64,000 nt of DNA, from positions 126,480,001 to 126,544,000 of the forward strand of contig NC_042999.1 of the NCBI RefSeq assembly GCF_006345805.1, written 5' to 3'. The translations under genes were made by a program, and so were the position numbers. Shown one piece after another: positions 13,605-25,807 of the stretch; positions within the stretch are counted from its first letter, which is position 1; the number at the start of each line of letters is the position of its first letter. The DNA comes from Octopus sinensis. Its lineage: Eukaryota. The notes under the pieces were generated by a model. It did not search any database, was not told the origin of the DNA, and was given only the letters and a program-made list of their open reading frames with translations.

Positions 13605-14680
13605 CTACCTGGATGATGAACAGGTGTGGTCACTGCATGACAAGTTCTTCCTGCCACAATTAATGTCCCTGCAGGACGTAGGCGCATAGATCACGTGGAG
13701 ACCGAAAATGAGCGAATGGCAGAGGGAGTGTAGACATGCGCTCGCTCTGTTCCCCTGAGCAATACCGGCAGCAAGGCTACCACTGCAGATTTTTATAGCG
13801 GGTTGGTAGAGCACATGCTTGACGACGTCCTGGAGGAGAATCTAGGTTTCGATGAGAAACAGCTTGTCAACCTGTTCAGAAGAACATTCAGGCCGGGGTA
13901 TCTGGACAACTTCCAGAAATCCCTGACCTGGTTGCGCTACCAATTGGCCTTGCCAGTTCGAGAGAGGTTGTCAAGCCATGGTGCTGGTACCCCACCTGCA
14001 AGCCCGAGGTGTGAGCATGTCAGTGAAACTGTCACGTACCCCTTCGTACATTGTGAGGAATTGAGGGGACTGATAACTTATATCGAAAAACTGGTGTCAG
14101 ATACGGAAAGAGTACGGTTATCGACCGAGTCTATCATCAAGATTGTGCCGTCTCCCTCCTTTAACAAGGAAAAGGAGGCATCATTTTTTTTGCATAGTAG
14201 CCGTATTGAAAGAGATTGTATGAGTGATGGGTGGAAGAGAAATTGAGACAGGCAACTTTATCTCTGGACACGGGTTGGTTAGTTTTTTTAACTACCACCT
14301 GTCTAGAAAGATCAGTCTGGAGAAAAGGTGTCTGCCTCAAAGAACATTTGAGAAAAGATGGGCAAATGTCGTAAAGAAGTTGAGAGTGAATGGGGCTGCG
14401 CTAATGTAGCCAGTCTGAACGGAAAAGAAGGGGAAAAGAACAGAAGAAAAAACAACAAAAAGGGGTATTATAAAAAAGTAAAAGAAAAAACCGGCGGGTC
14501 GAACACGAACCAGAAAAAAATATAATCAAATTCATTTCGATTTCATTGTACTATGTAAATTCATCCGATTTCATTATATTCGATTTTTTAAACTAAGGTA
14601 TAACCCCAGCCCCTAAATGATTTTGTTATGTCCTTGTGTTGCCCCCTTTGTGTCATAGCCTGTGTGCCGAATAAAAGAAA
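13605..14680 (+). mobile_element. L1/Tx1-clade LINE 3' end (zf-RVT region, 3' UTR, AATAAA)
   Basis: ORF 13803-14246 contains W...ALPVRERL..HG....xPRC...ETV.x.FVHC, a degenerate CCHC zf-RVT motif; AATAAAAGAAA at 14670. Confidence 0.75.
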
Positions 14681-15111
14681 TTAGTTAGTGAGAACCGAGT
14701 CTGGCTGACCGGCTGAACAAAATGCCGTCTCTAAAGGAAAAGGTACAAAGGGACAACTATGGTAACTCACCATAGAAGCAGTTGTTTCGTCCCACCACTC
14801 TCATTTTCACTAACTCACTTTCTTTTCTCTGTAATATTACCATACCTCTCTCTATATATATACTACTGAGATCGTGTATACACATATACAGGTCGAAATT
14901 AACTTTCTTTACCTTGCATGCTTTACGAACTGTCTTATACTATTACACTAGCCTACCTCTCGTGGTATGGTATATATTACAGTAACGGTAAATAAATATT
15001 TCTTTGCAACCTCGATCACTGTTCTTATTCCAATGTGCACACTGGCAACCAACACCTTAACAACAACCATTACAAAAAGGTGACCCTCGACTGCAACGAA
15101 GAACTAACCGT

Positions 15112-15169
<58 letters not shown>

Positions 15170-15829
15170 TAATGTTTTGATGATCGTCCGACCAGTTTTA
15201 TATTTTCTCTTTAAAATGGTTGTGTGTGTTCACTCACATCTAAGTCTTCTCGATGTTTTATAACCATTTATCTCATCATTGAGAATTCAGAAAATTCCGT
15301 CAGTGCACAACTGAGATCAATGTCCTAAGGTGGCTATAACGATAACAGGCTCTTAAGTTTGAAGTTTTCTGTCAGACACATCTGCATATAGAACTCAGCA
15401 TTCCTACAACTACGTTGTTCTCTAAACAGTTAAGTTCCGTAACCATATGCACTTACAGTCATGCTATTAACACGCTTCTCACCAGTCATGCTATTAACAC
15501 GCTTTCTCATCAGAAACTCGCGACACATAAACTTGCTGTTTTATTAGTCGGAGTGTACCTGACCACGGTCAAAATTTAATAAAGATTTTGTTTTGCCTAA
15601 TTAAATAAATAGTTAATGGTATATCCCTTAATCTGTACTCATCCTTTGCAATTAAACCTCACCAAAAAAAGAAGACTTTTTATGCTTAGGATCACGAAAT
15701 TTACTATAAACGTTATCTCCCTTGACATTACTTTACAACGCGACTGTGTAGTTGCCTTTGTGCGTGCGTGTGTGTTCTCTTTTTTAATTTAGAATAAATT
15801 TTGACCGTCCACCTGCTTGGTTGTGAAGA

Positions 15830-16290
15830 GGCTTCTGAGGGAGAGCGGGGTGGATAAGAATTTCATCAATTCACACTATACTGGTTTCCAGTCAACTGAG
15901 GTGGACTGGTCTTTTAATGTGGATGGCAGATGTGTCCTTCCTGAAGCAGGTTTTTTATGGTGAGCTTATTTGCTGGGAGACAAAGACAATGCAATTGAAA
16001 AGAAAAAAAAAAGAAGACTTCCTAAAAGCCAGTCTTGTGAAGTTGAAGATAACATACAAAGATGTTGAATCTATTGCTCTTGACAAATAAATTGTAAAAA
16101 AAAGATGTAATCTAAAGTAAAAGATTTTAAAGAAAAGCAACAAAAGTGAGCAAAAACGAAAAGAGGGCTACAGAATAATAACACCTTACTCAACACAGAA
16201 ATAGTGTCATTATTCAATTGCTCAATCTGTGGTAAGATTTACCTTTCTCAGGCTGACTTAACTTCGTATTTCAGAACTTCATGCAGTTAG
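15830..16290 (+). mobile_element. Ancient RTE (BovB-like) LINE 3' fragment
   Basis: Broken-frame peptide QLRWTG..M..LKQVFYGEL and terminal CSICGK zinc-knuckle remnant. Confidence 0.7.
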
Positions 16291-16406
16291 CCTAAGAGAC
16301 ACTAAGATCATTCCAGCAGACATGCTCAAGTACCATATTTATACTAAGCCATGTAAGTACAGTGCTGGTGTAAAGAGGCTTTTAAAAATATCTATAAATA
16401 GCTATA

Positions 16407-16795
16407 TGCGCAGGAGTGGCTGTGTGGTAAGTAGCTTGCTTACTAACCACATGGTTCCGGGTTCAGTCCCACTGCGTGGCATCTTGGGCAAGTGTCTTCT
16501 ACTATAGCCTTGGGCCGACCAAAACCTTGTGAGTGGATTTGCTAAACGGAAACTGAAAGAAGCCCATCGTATATATGTATATATGTGTGTGTGTGTGTTT
16601 GTCCCCCCAACATCGCTTGACAACTGATGCTGGTGTGTTTGCATCCCCGTAACTTAGCAGTTCGGCAAAAGAGACCGATAGAATAAGTACTAGGCTTACA
16701 AAGAATAAGTCCTGGGGTTGATTTGCTCGACTAAAGGCGGTGCTCCAGCATGGCCGCAGTCAAATGACTGAAACAAGTAAAAGAGAGTAAAGAGT
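16407..16795 (+). mobile_element. SINE family A, full length
   Basis: Same head, body and tail as 6775-7170; an older copy follows at ~17024-17405. Confidence 0.88.
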
Positions 16796-17596
16796 AAGTC
16801 AAATAAGACTTACAAGACTGTACCATTTGAGGTGAGGCAAATTTCAAACAGCTTTCAGTACTCAAAAGCCACTTATGTTTTCAAGCACAGAAAAAGCACA
16901 TCTGACAAAAAGTGGTTGAGATTTGGATAGGAGCAGATTACTTCTAAATGTGTGTGTGTGCATGCGCATGTGCGTGTGTGTGTGCATGCATATGTTGAGT
17001 GTGTATACATGTGTGAATAAGCACAGGTGTGGCTGTGTGGTAAGAAGTTTACTTCCTAACCATCTGGTTCAGGTTCAGTCTTACTGTGTGGTACCATGGA
17101 TAAATGTCTTCTACTATAGCCCCAGTCAACAAAAGCCTTGTAAGTGGATTTAGTAGATAGAAACTGAAAGAAGCCTGTCATGTGTGTGTATCTATCTGTA
17201 TGTTTGTGTTTGTGTTCCACAACCACTTGACAACTAGTGCAGGTTTGTTTATGTCCCTATAATTTAGCAGTTCAGCAAAAAAGAGAGTGGTAGAATTAGT
17301 ATCTAGCTTAAAAAGACAATTACTGGGGTCAATTTACTTGACTAAACCCTTCAAGGCAATGCCCTGCATCTTTTACCTGTTTCAGTCCAGTGACTGAAAC
17401 AAATAAAAAATAAAAGATGTATATAGTATGTATAATATATTTATATATATTATATATACTATATATAATATATATATATGTATATGTATAGGGAGAGTTT
17501 ACGAAAAAAAACAAAAGATGCAGACAGGTGATGTACAAAACAAACAGATGTATTAGTATATATATGTATGTAAATATATATATATGTGTATATATG

Positions 17597-17648
<52 letters not shown>

Positions 17649-18529
17649 GATAGATAGATAGATAGATAGATAAATAGATAGACATAGGTATATGTGTCCG
17701 TGTATATATGTAGTACGTATGTGTGCATATGTGTATGCATTTATACAGTGCATGTGTGTATGAGTGGGTGCATGTGTATGAGTGTGTACATATGGCATAT
17801 TTTATGTAATGTAATTTTACCTGATATAAATTCCTTCATGGGTCAAAGTATATAATTCTATATTAACCTTATTAGATACTGATTTTCCTTTATAGTCCTC
17901 ATAAGATTCATTTGTCATCTATTATCAATTAAGTTGCACTTCAGCACATAACAGATTAAGTTACAATTCTATCTTGTCAAGATACATAAAATTACTAGTT
18001 ATCATTAAACAAAGAACCACCCTTGACTATACAACAGATACTGGGCAATACAGTGGAGACAGTAGTTTGGCATGTATTACTTGTAACTGTCCCCTGCTCC
18101 TCTTCATTACCTCAGTATATGCAAAATTTGGCAAAAGCATTTTGGCACTCATAAGAGTAGCTTGGAAGCTACATGCTCTGTATATCTGCAATTTAATGAA
18201 TTAAATGAAGGATCAATTAAATATGTATGCCACAATGTGCAGCACTTGCATTGTGCCAGGCTATTTGAAACATGTGTAAGCTAAATAAATCATTGATAAT
18301 ACATCTTCATTCTTAATACTGGCCAATTGCTTGCCGGCATTTTGTCTGTCTTTATGTGCTGGGTTCAAATTCTGCTGAGATTGACTTTGCTTTTCATTCT
18401 TTTGAGGTTAATAAAATAAGTACCAGTTCAGCACTGGGATCAATGTAATTGACTTATCCCCTCCCCCAAACTTGCTGGCTTTGTGCCACAATTTGAATCC
18501 AATATATGTATGTGTGTGTGTGTGAGAGC

Positions 18530-18562
<33 letters not shown>

Positions 18563-18564
18563 TT

Positions 18565-18650
<86 letters not shown>

Positions 18651-19095
18651 TACCTGTGACCCATTGAGTCATCAATAGTTCAAGGTACCTGAAAAATCCA
18701 CATATCTCGGGAATCCGTGGTCTGATTTATGCAAAACTTCTGTTATTCTATGTGTGTTCACATTTCAATGGAACCTTACTTTCTAAGCATTTTCCCCATT
18801 ATATGCCAGTTTGGCTATTTATAAAGGTACCCAAAAAAAACTGCGTATTTTGGTAATCCATGGTCCAATTTACATGTAACTTGTTTTATTCTATTTGTAT
18901 TCACATGAGCATCTGATTCATGACATCTCCTGCTTTTGTCTCTTTCCCTCTGTTTCACCAAATGCTCAACTCTCTGAGCATCCAATTCTTGATCTTTCCT
19001 TCTTCTGTGTCTTTCTCTCTGTTGTGCCAGACATTCAGCCCTTGCTTTATCAGTTTTATCAATCCTTCTATTCACATGCCTGTCCTGATTTTGGA

Positions 19096-19579
19096 TAAAT
19101 ATTTCGTAAAGGACCTGTTTGTACTTCGGTGTGAAGTAATTTTTTCTACGGGTTTTTTTTTTAGTGCGTTCAACATATCTCACCTCCAAACCCACCACAA
19201 ACCACTTTCTTCCAGAAAACAAAGGAGAAGGGGTCATGGGGACTTCGGAGTTTCCCACCAACAGAATTTTATTCATGGGTTTTTTTTTCCTTTTCCAGGT
19301 TATTTCACATGCTATCAACCAATGTGACTTTGAAATCATGAGTAAATGGCTCTTTTCCCCAGAAAAGGAAGGATTTAGCTGCTATTTCTTGCATGCCCCG
19401 CTACCACATAACAGGTACCTTGGGTCCTTTATTGCAAATAGCTGTTACTTGGTAGCAGGGCGTACTAGAAATAGCAGCCAAATCTTTGGAGGTGAGATAC
19501 ATTGAATGCACTAAAAAAAATCCTATGGAAAAAATTATTTCACACCAAGATTACGAACGGCTCTTTTACAAAATATTTA
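19096..19579. mobile_element. MITE/foldback element with ~95-bp terminal inverted repeats
   Basis: 19096-19190 matches the reverse complement of 19485-19579 with scattered transitions. Confidence 0.75.
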
Positions 19580-20612
19580 CCGTATTTTTAAAGTCATTTT
19601 CACTTGGAGATATTTTTTGAATATACCAAACACAATTTTTGTAATGGTATTCACTTGAAAAAAATTTTTTTTTAAATAAAAATATTGTCTGTTTAAAGAA
19701 AGCTAAAATATAAATATTAACTGTACAAACAATTTACATTTTTGAAATCACATTCACTTAAAATATTTCTAAATGATTAAAATATTGTGTTTAACAAAAG
19801 CACAAATAGAAACATTTAACCACTGGGCCATTGCGCCTCCACACACACACACACACACACATATATATTGCAAATAAGAAAATGGAGAAGTACATTAGTT
19901 GGTTCATGAACTTTAGAACATTAAAATGTTGACTTATCTATTTATCAAAATGACAACCATAATAACATACATACATATAGTATATTGTTCAATGCATATA
20001 AGATATATATATATACATTCACGTAGTGATATCCATTTGGCAGTTGATGATGGAAATATATATTTGCTATAATTGTTTTTAATCTTGTTATTCTGAAATG
20101 TCCTTTATTCTGGTAAAGTAGAAAGCTTTTGTGGATTCGTGGTTTGTGGAGATTGCTTACATTGATGTTGGTTGTTTTTCTTCATAGATAAATCCTGATA
20201 AGTTTATATTATGCTTAGATATTGTTAGATATTAGTGTCTAGTTTGGTAGGGTTTTGTGGCACACATATATGTATGTATGTATGAATGATGGACTCTCCT
20301 GTCGAAAACAATGTATGAGCATTTAGCCTCTGCCAAATGACCTGCACAAATAGTGATCAAATATATATATATATATATATATATATTTAATCAATATAGG
20401 GTGGCAAAAAAATTTTGTAGAATTTTTTTGCCACCAGCGGCCTAGTGGGAAAAAATTAAATAGTCATAGACCATTTTTAAGTTCAACATCACAATCAAGG
20501 AACGGCCATAATAGGCCATTCACCCACTAGAAATAACAGCCAAAAGCTTAAACCGCAAAATAACATCAATTCCGTAAACCAGGAGAAAATTAAAAAAACA
20601 TTTACCCTGTAA

Positions 20613-20717
20613 TTTCTTATACGATGCACCATTTCATCTACTGTTTAATGGTAAACTAACCTGATTAAATTAAATCAAGCCAATCTACCATAGGCCCTTA
20701 GATTCATCAGTAAGAAA
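20613..20717 (-). ncRNA. Type I hammerhead ribozyme, intact core (stem III C to U, giving a wobble)
   Basis: Reverse-strand copy of the 21234-21333 motif; predicted cut between 20620 and 20619. Confidence 0.8.
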
Positions 20718-21233
20718 TAGCCAAGTCGGAACAGATATTTTTCACGAGGCATTCCCGTCCCTGCCTCGGCAATATCTGACCTAAAATTTTCAAATCATCG
20801 CACTCGCGCCAAATTTATCGGCAGCAAATAAATATAAGCCGCCGATTCCATTACGGAATTAACCAGAAAATTCATAATTAATCAATATAGGGTGGCAAAA
20901 AAATTTTGTAGAATTTTTTTGCCACCAACGGCCTAGTGGGAAAAAATTAAATAGTCATAGACCATTATTAAGTTCAACATCACAATCAAGGAACGGCCAT
21001 AATAGGCCATTCACCCACTAGAAATAACAGCCAAAAGCTTAAACCGCAAAATAACATCAATTCCGTAAACCAGGAGAAAATTAAAAAAACATTTACCCTG
21101 TAATTTCTTATACGATGCACCGTTTGCTGCCGATAAATTTGGCGCGAGTGCGATGATTTGAAAATTTTAGGTCAGATATTGCCGAGGCAGGGACGGGAAT
21201 GCCTCGTGAAAAATATCTGTTCCGACTTGGCTA

Positions 21234-21333
21234 TTTCTTACTGATGAATCTAAGGGCCTATGGTAGATTGATTTAATTTAATCAGGTTAGTTTACCATTA
21301 AACAGTAGATGAAACGGTGCATCGTATAAGAAA
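21234..21333 (+). ncRNA. Type I hammerhead ribozyme, intact core
   Basis: Stem I TTTCTTA/TAAGAAA; CTGATGA at 21241-21247; stem II ATCTA/TAGAT with a long insert; GAAA at 21311-21314; stem III ACGG-TGCA-TCGT; GUA triplet, predicted cut after 21326. Confidence 0.85.
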
Positions 21334-21460
21334 TTACAGGGTAAATGTTTTTTTAATTTTCTCCTGGTTTACGGAATTGATGTTATTTTGCGGTTTAAGC
21401 TTTTGGCTGTTATTTCTAGTGGGTGAATGGCCTATTATGGCCGTTCCTTGATTGTGATGT

Positions 21461-21515
<55 letters not shown>

Positions 21516-21702
21516 GGTCCCGGGTTGAGTCGGGGTTAACCACAGTAAATAAGCTACTCAATACATAGCAGAGTAAATTAATTTATTTTATAGAAGGAGC
21601 TTCTACAGGACTAGAACTGTTTCATTCAAAAGAAATCGATTTCTTTTGAATGAAACAGTTCTAGTCCTGTAGAAGCTCCTTCTATAAAATAAATATATAT
21701 AT

Positions 21703-21778
<76 letters not shown>

Positions 21779-22286
21779 TATATATATGTATATATATACA
21801 TATATATTATACATATATATATATCACCATCTACATATAATGTTACATCTATATATACACACCATTAGAAAGTATAATGCTGTGGACTTGTTTGAGGTAA
21901 AAAGTCTTCAGAGATTTGTGTTAAAAACAATATACATCAGAGCAAGCTGAACGTCATTGCAGCACTGACTCGTGAGGACAAGAGATGAATTTCACCTTTC
22001 TTAAGTCTTGTCAGTACCATGCATCTGATTGTTACCCACTTACATGAAATTCATGTTTTATTAAATAAGAAACTGAATAAACATCCACTATTGTTATGGA
22101 GGCTTTTTTGAGGCTGCCAGAAAACTCAGGCAGTACAGTTGAGACAGCATTAAATTAAAATCACCATCTATGCATCATGCTATATGTATGCACATTATTA
22201 CAAGATGTAATGCTGTGGTATTAAAATCTTTTCATAGACTTGTTTTAAAAACACTATATCAGAGCAAGACAAAGTAAATAAATGTA

Positions 22287-22686
22287 GGTGCAGGAGTGAC
22301 TGTGTCGTAAGTAGCTTGCTTACCAACCACATGGTTCCGGGTTCAGTCCCACTGCATGGCACCTTGGGCAAGTGTCTTCTACTATAACCTCGGGCTGATC
22401 AAAGCCTTGTGAGTGGATTTGGTAGACAGAAACTGAAAGAAGCCCGTCATATATATGTATATGTATATATATGTGTGTGTGTGTTTGTATGTCTGTGTTT
22501 GTCCCCCCAACATCGTTTAATAACCAATGCTGGTGTGTTTATGTCTCCGTAACTTAGCAGTTCAGCAAAAGAGACTGATAGAATAAGTACTAGGCTTACA
22601 AAGAATAAGTCCAAGGGTCGATTTGCTCGACTAAAGGTGGTACTCCAGCATGGCTGCAGTCAAATGACTGAAACAATTAAAAGAGT
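22287..22686 (+). mobile_element. SINE family A, full length
   Basis: Same consensus as above. Confidence 0.88.
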
Positions 22687-23404
22687 AATGTTGATAGAAG
22701 TCCATCCTCCCATTGAAATGAACACACATCTACAATTTCCAAATCATGCTGTTTGACACCATAATCACTCTAATCTTTTCCATGCCACTTATTCTTGTCT
22801 TCAAGAAAGATGGGAACCTCTGCAACCTCTCAGAAGCTCCATATCCCCAGTCACACACAACAAGGCACTTTTAAATCCACTTACCATCACAATTACCATC
22901 AGTACCTTAAATCATAGTGCCAAATCACACATCTGCTACACTTCTACTGACCTCATCTAAGTCATCACTACTAAACTCTGTGCCCTTCTAATATTCTACT
23001 ATGTATTCTGGGCCAGTCCATAAAATCCAGCAACTTCTTCAATCAACTTGTTATTATCAATACCTAAGATAGTAGTTAAGATCTCAGCTGTATCATCTGG
23101 AATGGTACGCATTCAAAAATTTAACTTATACCCTGATCAGAAATATAGTAGTGAATAATCCTTTCTACTAAATGCACAAGGCCGGAAATTTTAGGGGAGG
23201 GGCTAGTCAATTCTATCAACTCCAGTACATAACTGGTACTTATTTCACTGATATTGACCCCAAAAGGATGAAAAGCAAAGTTGACCTCACTGGAATTTGA
23301 ACTCAGAATGTAAAGATGGACAAAATGTCACTAAGCATTTTGCCCAGCATGCTAATGATTCTGCCAGCTTGCCACCTTTATATAGTATTGAATAATGAAA
23401 GGTA

Positions 23405-23660
23405 TTTTAGCATCTATTTTGCTTCCAAGCATTCATAGAAATTGTCACAAAATTTGTTTCTGCAAAGTCTTTTACAAATTCTGATTTACCATTGTTACAT
23501 CCCAAATTAGTTTTACATTTTGTTCTTGTATGAAATTTGTGCTCAAAATGCTTTGACAAACAGTCGGATGTGTTGAATCTCAAATCATAAGAAGCAGTAT
23601 GAAATGCAAAAGTGGCTTCTTTAGCAGCAATGAAAATTTCCAATTTGATTATTTCCAACT
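23405..23660 (-). pseudogene. DNA-transposase remnant, probably hAT-related
   Basis: Peptide AAKEATFAFHTA...FNTSDC.SK...KF..RTKC...KD..E.NFVTIS resembles the region before the first catalytic Asp of hAT-like transposases; recognised from memory only. Confidence 0.55.
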
Positions 23661-24956
23661 TTTTTAAAATCATATTGATATAGCAATAACACTTGTCTTA
23701 TGCTTTGAAACTGTAAATGGTCTTTAGTATCCAATCAACCCCCATACACTATAAGTGGGTGGATGGATGGATAGATGGATGGATGGATGGATGGATGGAT
23801 GGATGGATTGATGGACGGACGGACGGAAGGACGGACGGACGGATGGACGGACGGATGGACAGATTGATGGGTGGATGGATGGAATTAAGTACACATGCTG
23901 TGGAGAGAAGCAACAAAATGAAAAGAGCAACAGACAGGGGAGAGAAACTTGGTGAGAGATGGAGAAATTATTGCTGGGATTCCTCTCAAACAGATACATT
24001 CTCTAGATTGGTTAATTTTCTTTGTGTATTTTAGAAACTATTTAACACAATAGTTGCAAATACAAGTTAGAATTAAAATCAGATGAAAAAAATTAGTAAT
24101 GTAATTGATAGAAAAAAGGTTGTGAAAACCCTTCTTTCTTTAGAAATTTTTCATTAAAATCATGAATTCTTAACATTTTGTTTTATTTCATTTTTTCCTC
24201 ACATTTTAATATTCAGCTACAACATCCTGTAGTGTCATTATATCATATTTCTTCACACTTCCCTCCTACTACACACAGTTTAATATCTTTATTTCCATTT
24301 AATACTAGTTACCATGGAAATAAAACTGTCTTGTGACTATAGCTATAGCTATTAATTTAACTGATGCTGCTGACCCAGTAAGGGAGCTCTACACAGTTGC
24401 CTGACCTACTAGAAAGAGCAACCAAATTTCATTTAAATCACACTGTTGTCTTAAAATGGATAAAATATGTAGGATAAAGTCGTCCCAGTATTTTTCTTTT
24501 AATCTTTTAGTCAAGAGGGAATACAGTGCTCTTGACCATTTACAGGGTCTTTTTGACAAGTATGAAGGAGAGAGGAAGATATCTTCAAACTAGAGACCTG
24601 ACTCAAATGCATGCAACAGAGTGGATTCCACCAAAGACACCTAGGTATCATCAGGTGGTAGTGTTAAACTGGGTAACAGATTAAGTCTATCACCCTGAGT
24701 AGGCCATAGCCATAATGGAATTTGAACTTAGAACACAAAAAAACCAGGACAGATCAAGCAATACATTTCAGTAAATGGTCAAACAGTTTCCCCAATCCAT
24801 TGTCCTGGATTGCAACTATTTTTATTGATCTAGAGAGGATGAAAGGCAAGGTTGACCTCTGTGGGGTTTGAACTCAGAGTTCAGAAATTAGAACTCAGAG
24901 GTCAAAAGGTCAGAAGTATGGATTTAGAATGCATTACTCCATCTATTAAAAAACAA

Positions 24957-25043
24957 GGCTGTATATATTCTAAAATTGGAAAGATATGGAGAAGATTAGC
25001 ATGGCCTCTGCTCAAGAATGACATGCAAATTTGTGAAGTGTTC
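24957..25043 (+). pseudogene. RNU6: U6 snRNA pseudogene (degenerate, lacking both ends)
   Basis: TATATTCTAAAATTGGAAAGATATGGAGAAGATTAGCATGGCCTCTGCTCAAGAATGACATGCAAATTTGTGAAGTGTTC aligns colinearly to U6; the ACAGAGA box is mutated. Confidence 0.9.
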
Positions 25044-25512
25044 AAGAGCCTTGCAAGTGGATTTGGTTGACAGAAACTGAAAGAAGCCTGTCATATATAT
25101 ATATATGCATATACATACATACATACATACATACATATACATTTATATATATTTCATCATCATTATCATTTAAGGTCCATTGTCCATGCTAGCATGAGTT
25201 GGCCTAACACTTGAAAGGTGTTGGTTACATGACACTGGCATCAACACCACAAATGTAAAATTCTCCCCTGAAGACAGAGGCGGTGTTATCTGATAATGGA
25301 TCCAAGTAATTATCATTATTCTAGACCACCAAGCTCCCACAAACAGCTGTTGGACTTGTAAAATTCTACCCATTTAATTCTTGATATCATTTATATTCTG
25401 TAAGTTGGACTATTTTATATCCATACACATGTACATTTTTTCCTATTAAATGTATTTAATATTCTGTGTAAATCAATTTGTTTAACTTGCTTCTCATTAC
25501 ATTTACTATATA

Positions 25513-25632
<120 letters not shown>

Positions 25633-25665
25633 CTTTATTTAAAAGCAGCAGAAATATAACAAAAG

Positions 25666-25703
25666 CTGTTACTCAGAGTTTCACATTCCCATTCATCAGA
25701 CAG
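25666..25703 (-). ncRNA. Minimal type I hammerhead ribozyme
   Basis: Minus strand CTGT-CTGATGA-ATGGGAATGT-GAAA-CTCTGAG-TA-ACAG: stem I 4 bp, weak stem II, near-palindromic stem III, GUA triplet. Confidence 0.72.
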
Positions 25704-25727
25704 TTATATATACATGTATGTATGTAT

Positions 25728-25764
<37 letters not shown>

Positions 25765-25775
25765 GTATGTATCAC

Positions 25776-25807
<32 letters not shown>

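Larger units (their letters stand above)
20387..21463. mobile_element. Penelope-like pseudo-LTR / retrozyme-like array: 491-bp tandem unit plus inverted copy
   Basis: 20387-20877 is repeated at 20878-21125; 21123-21463 is the reverse complement of ~20483-20828; (TA)n on both flanks. Confidence 0.88.

Noticed and set aside
21830-22270. Possible snoRNA pair in an old ~345-bp duplication
   Set aside because: C and D boxes are not in the right order and terminal stems are absent
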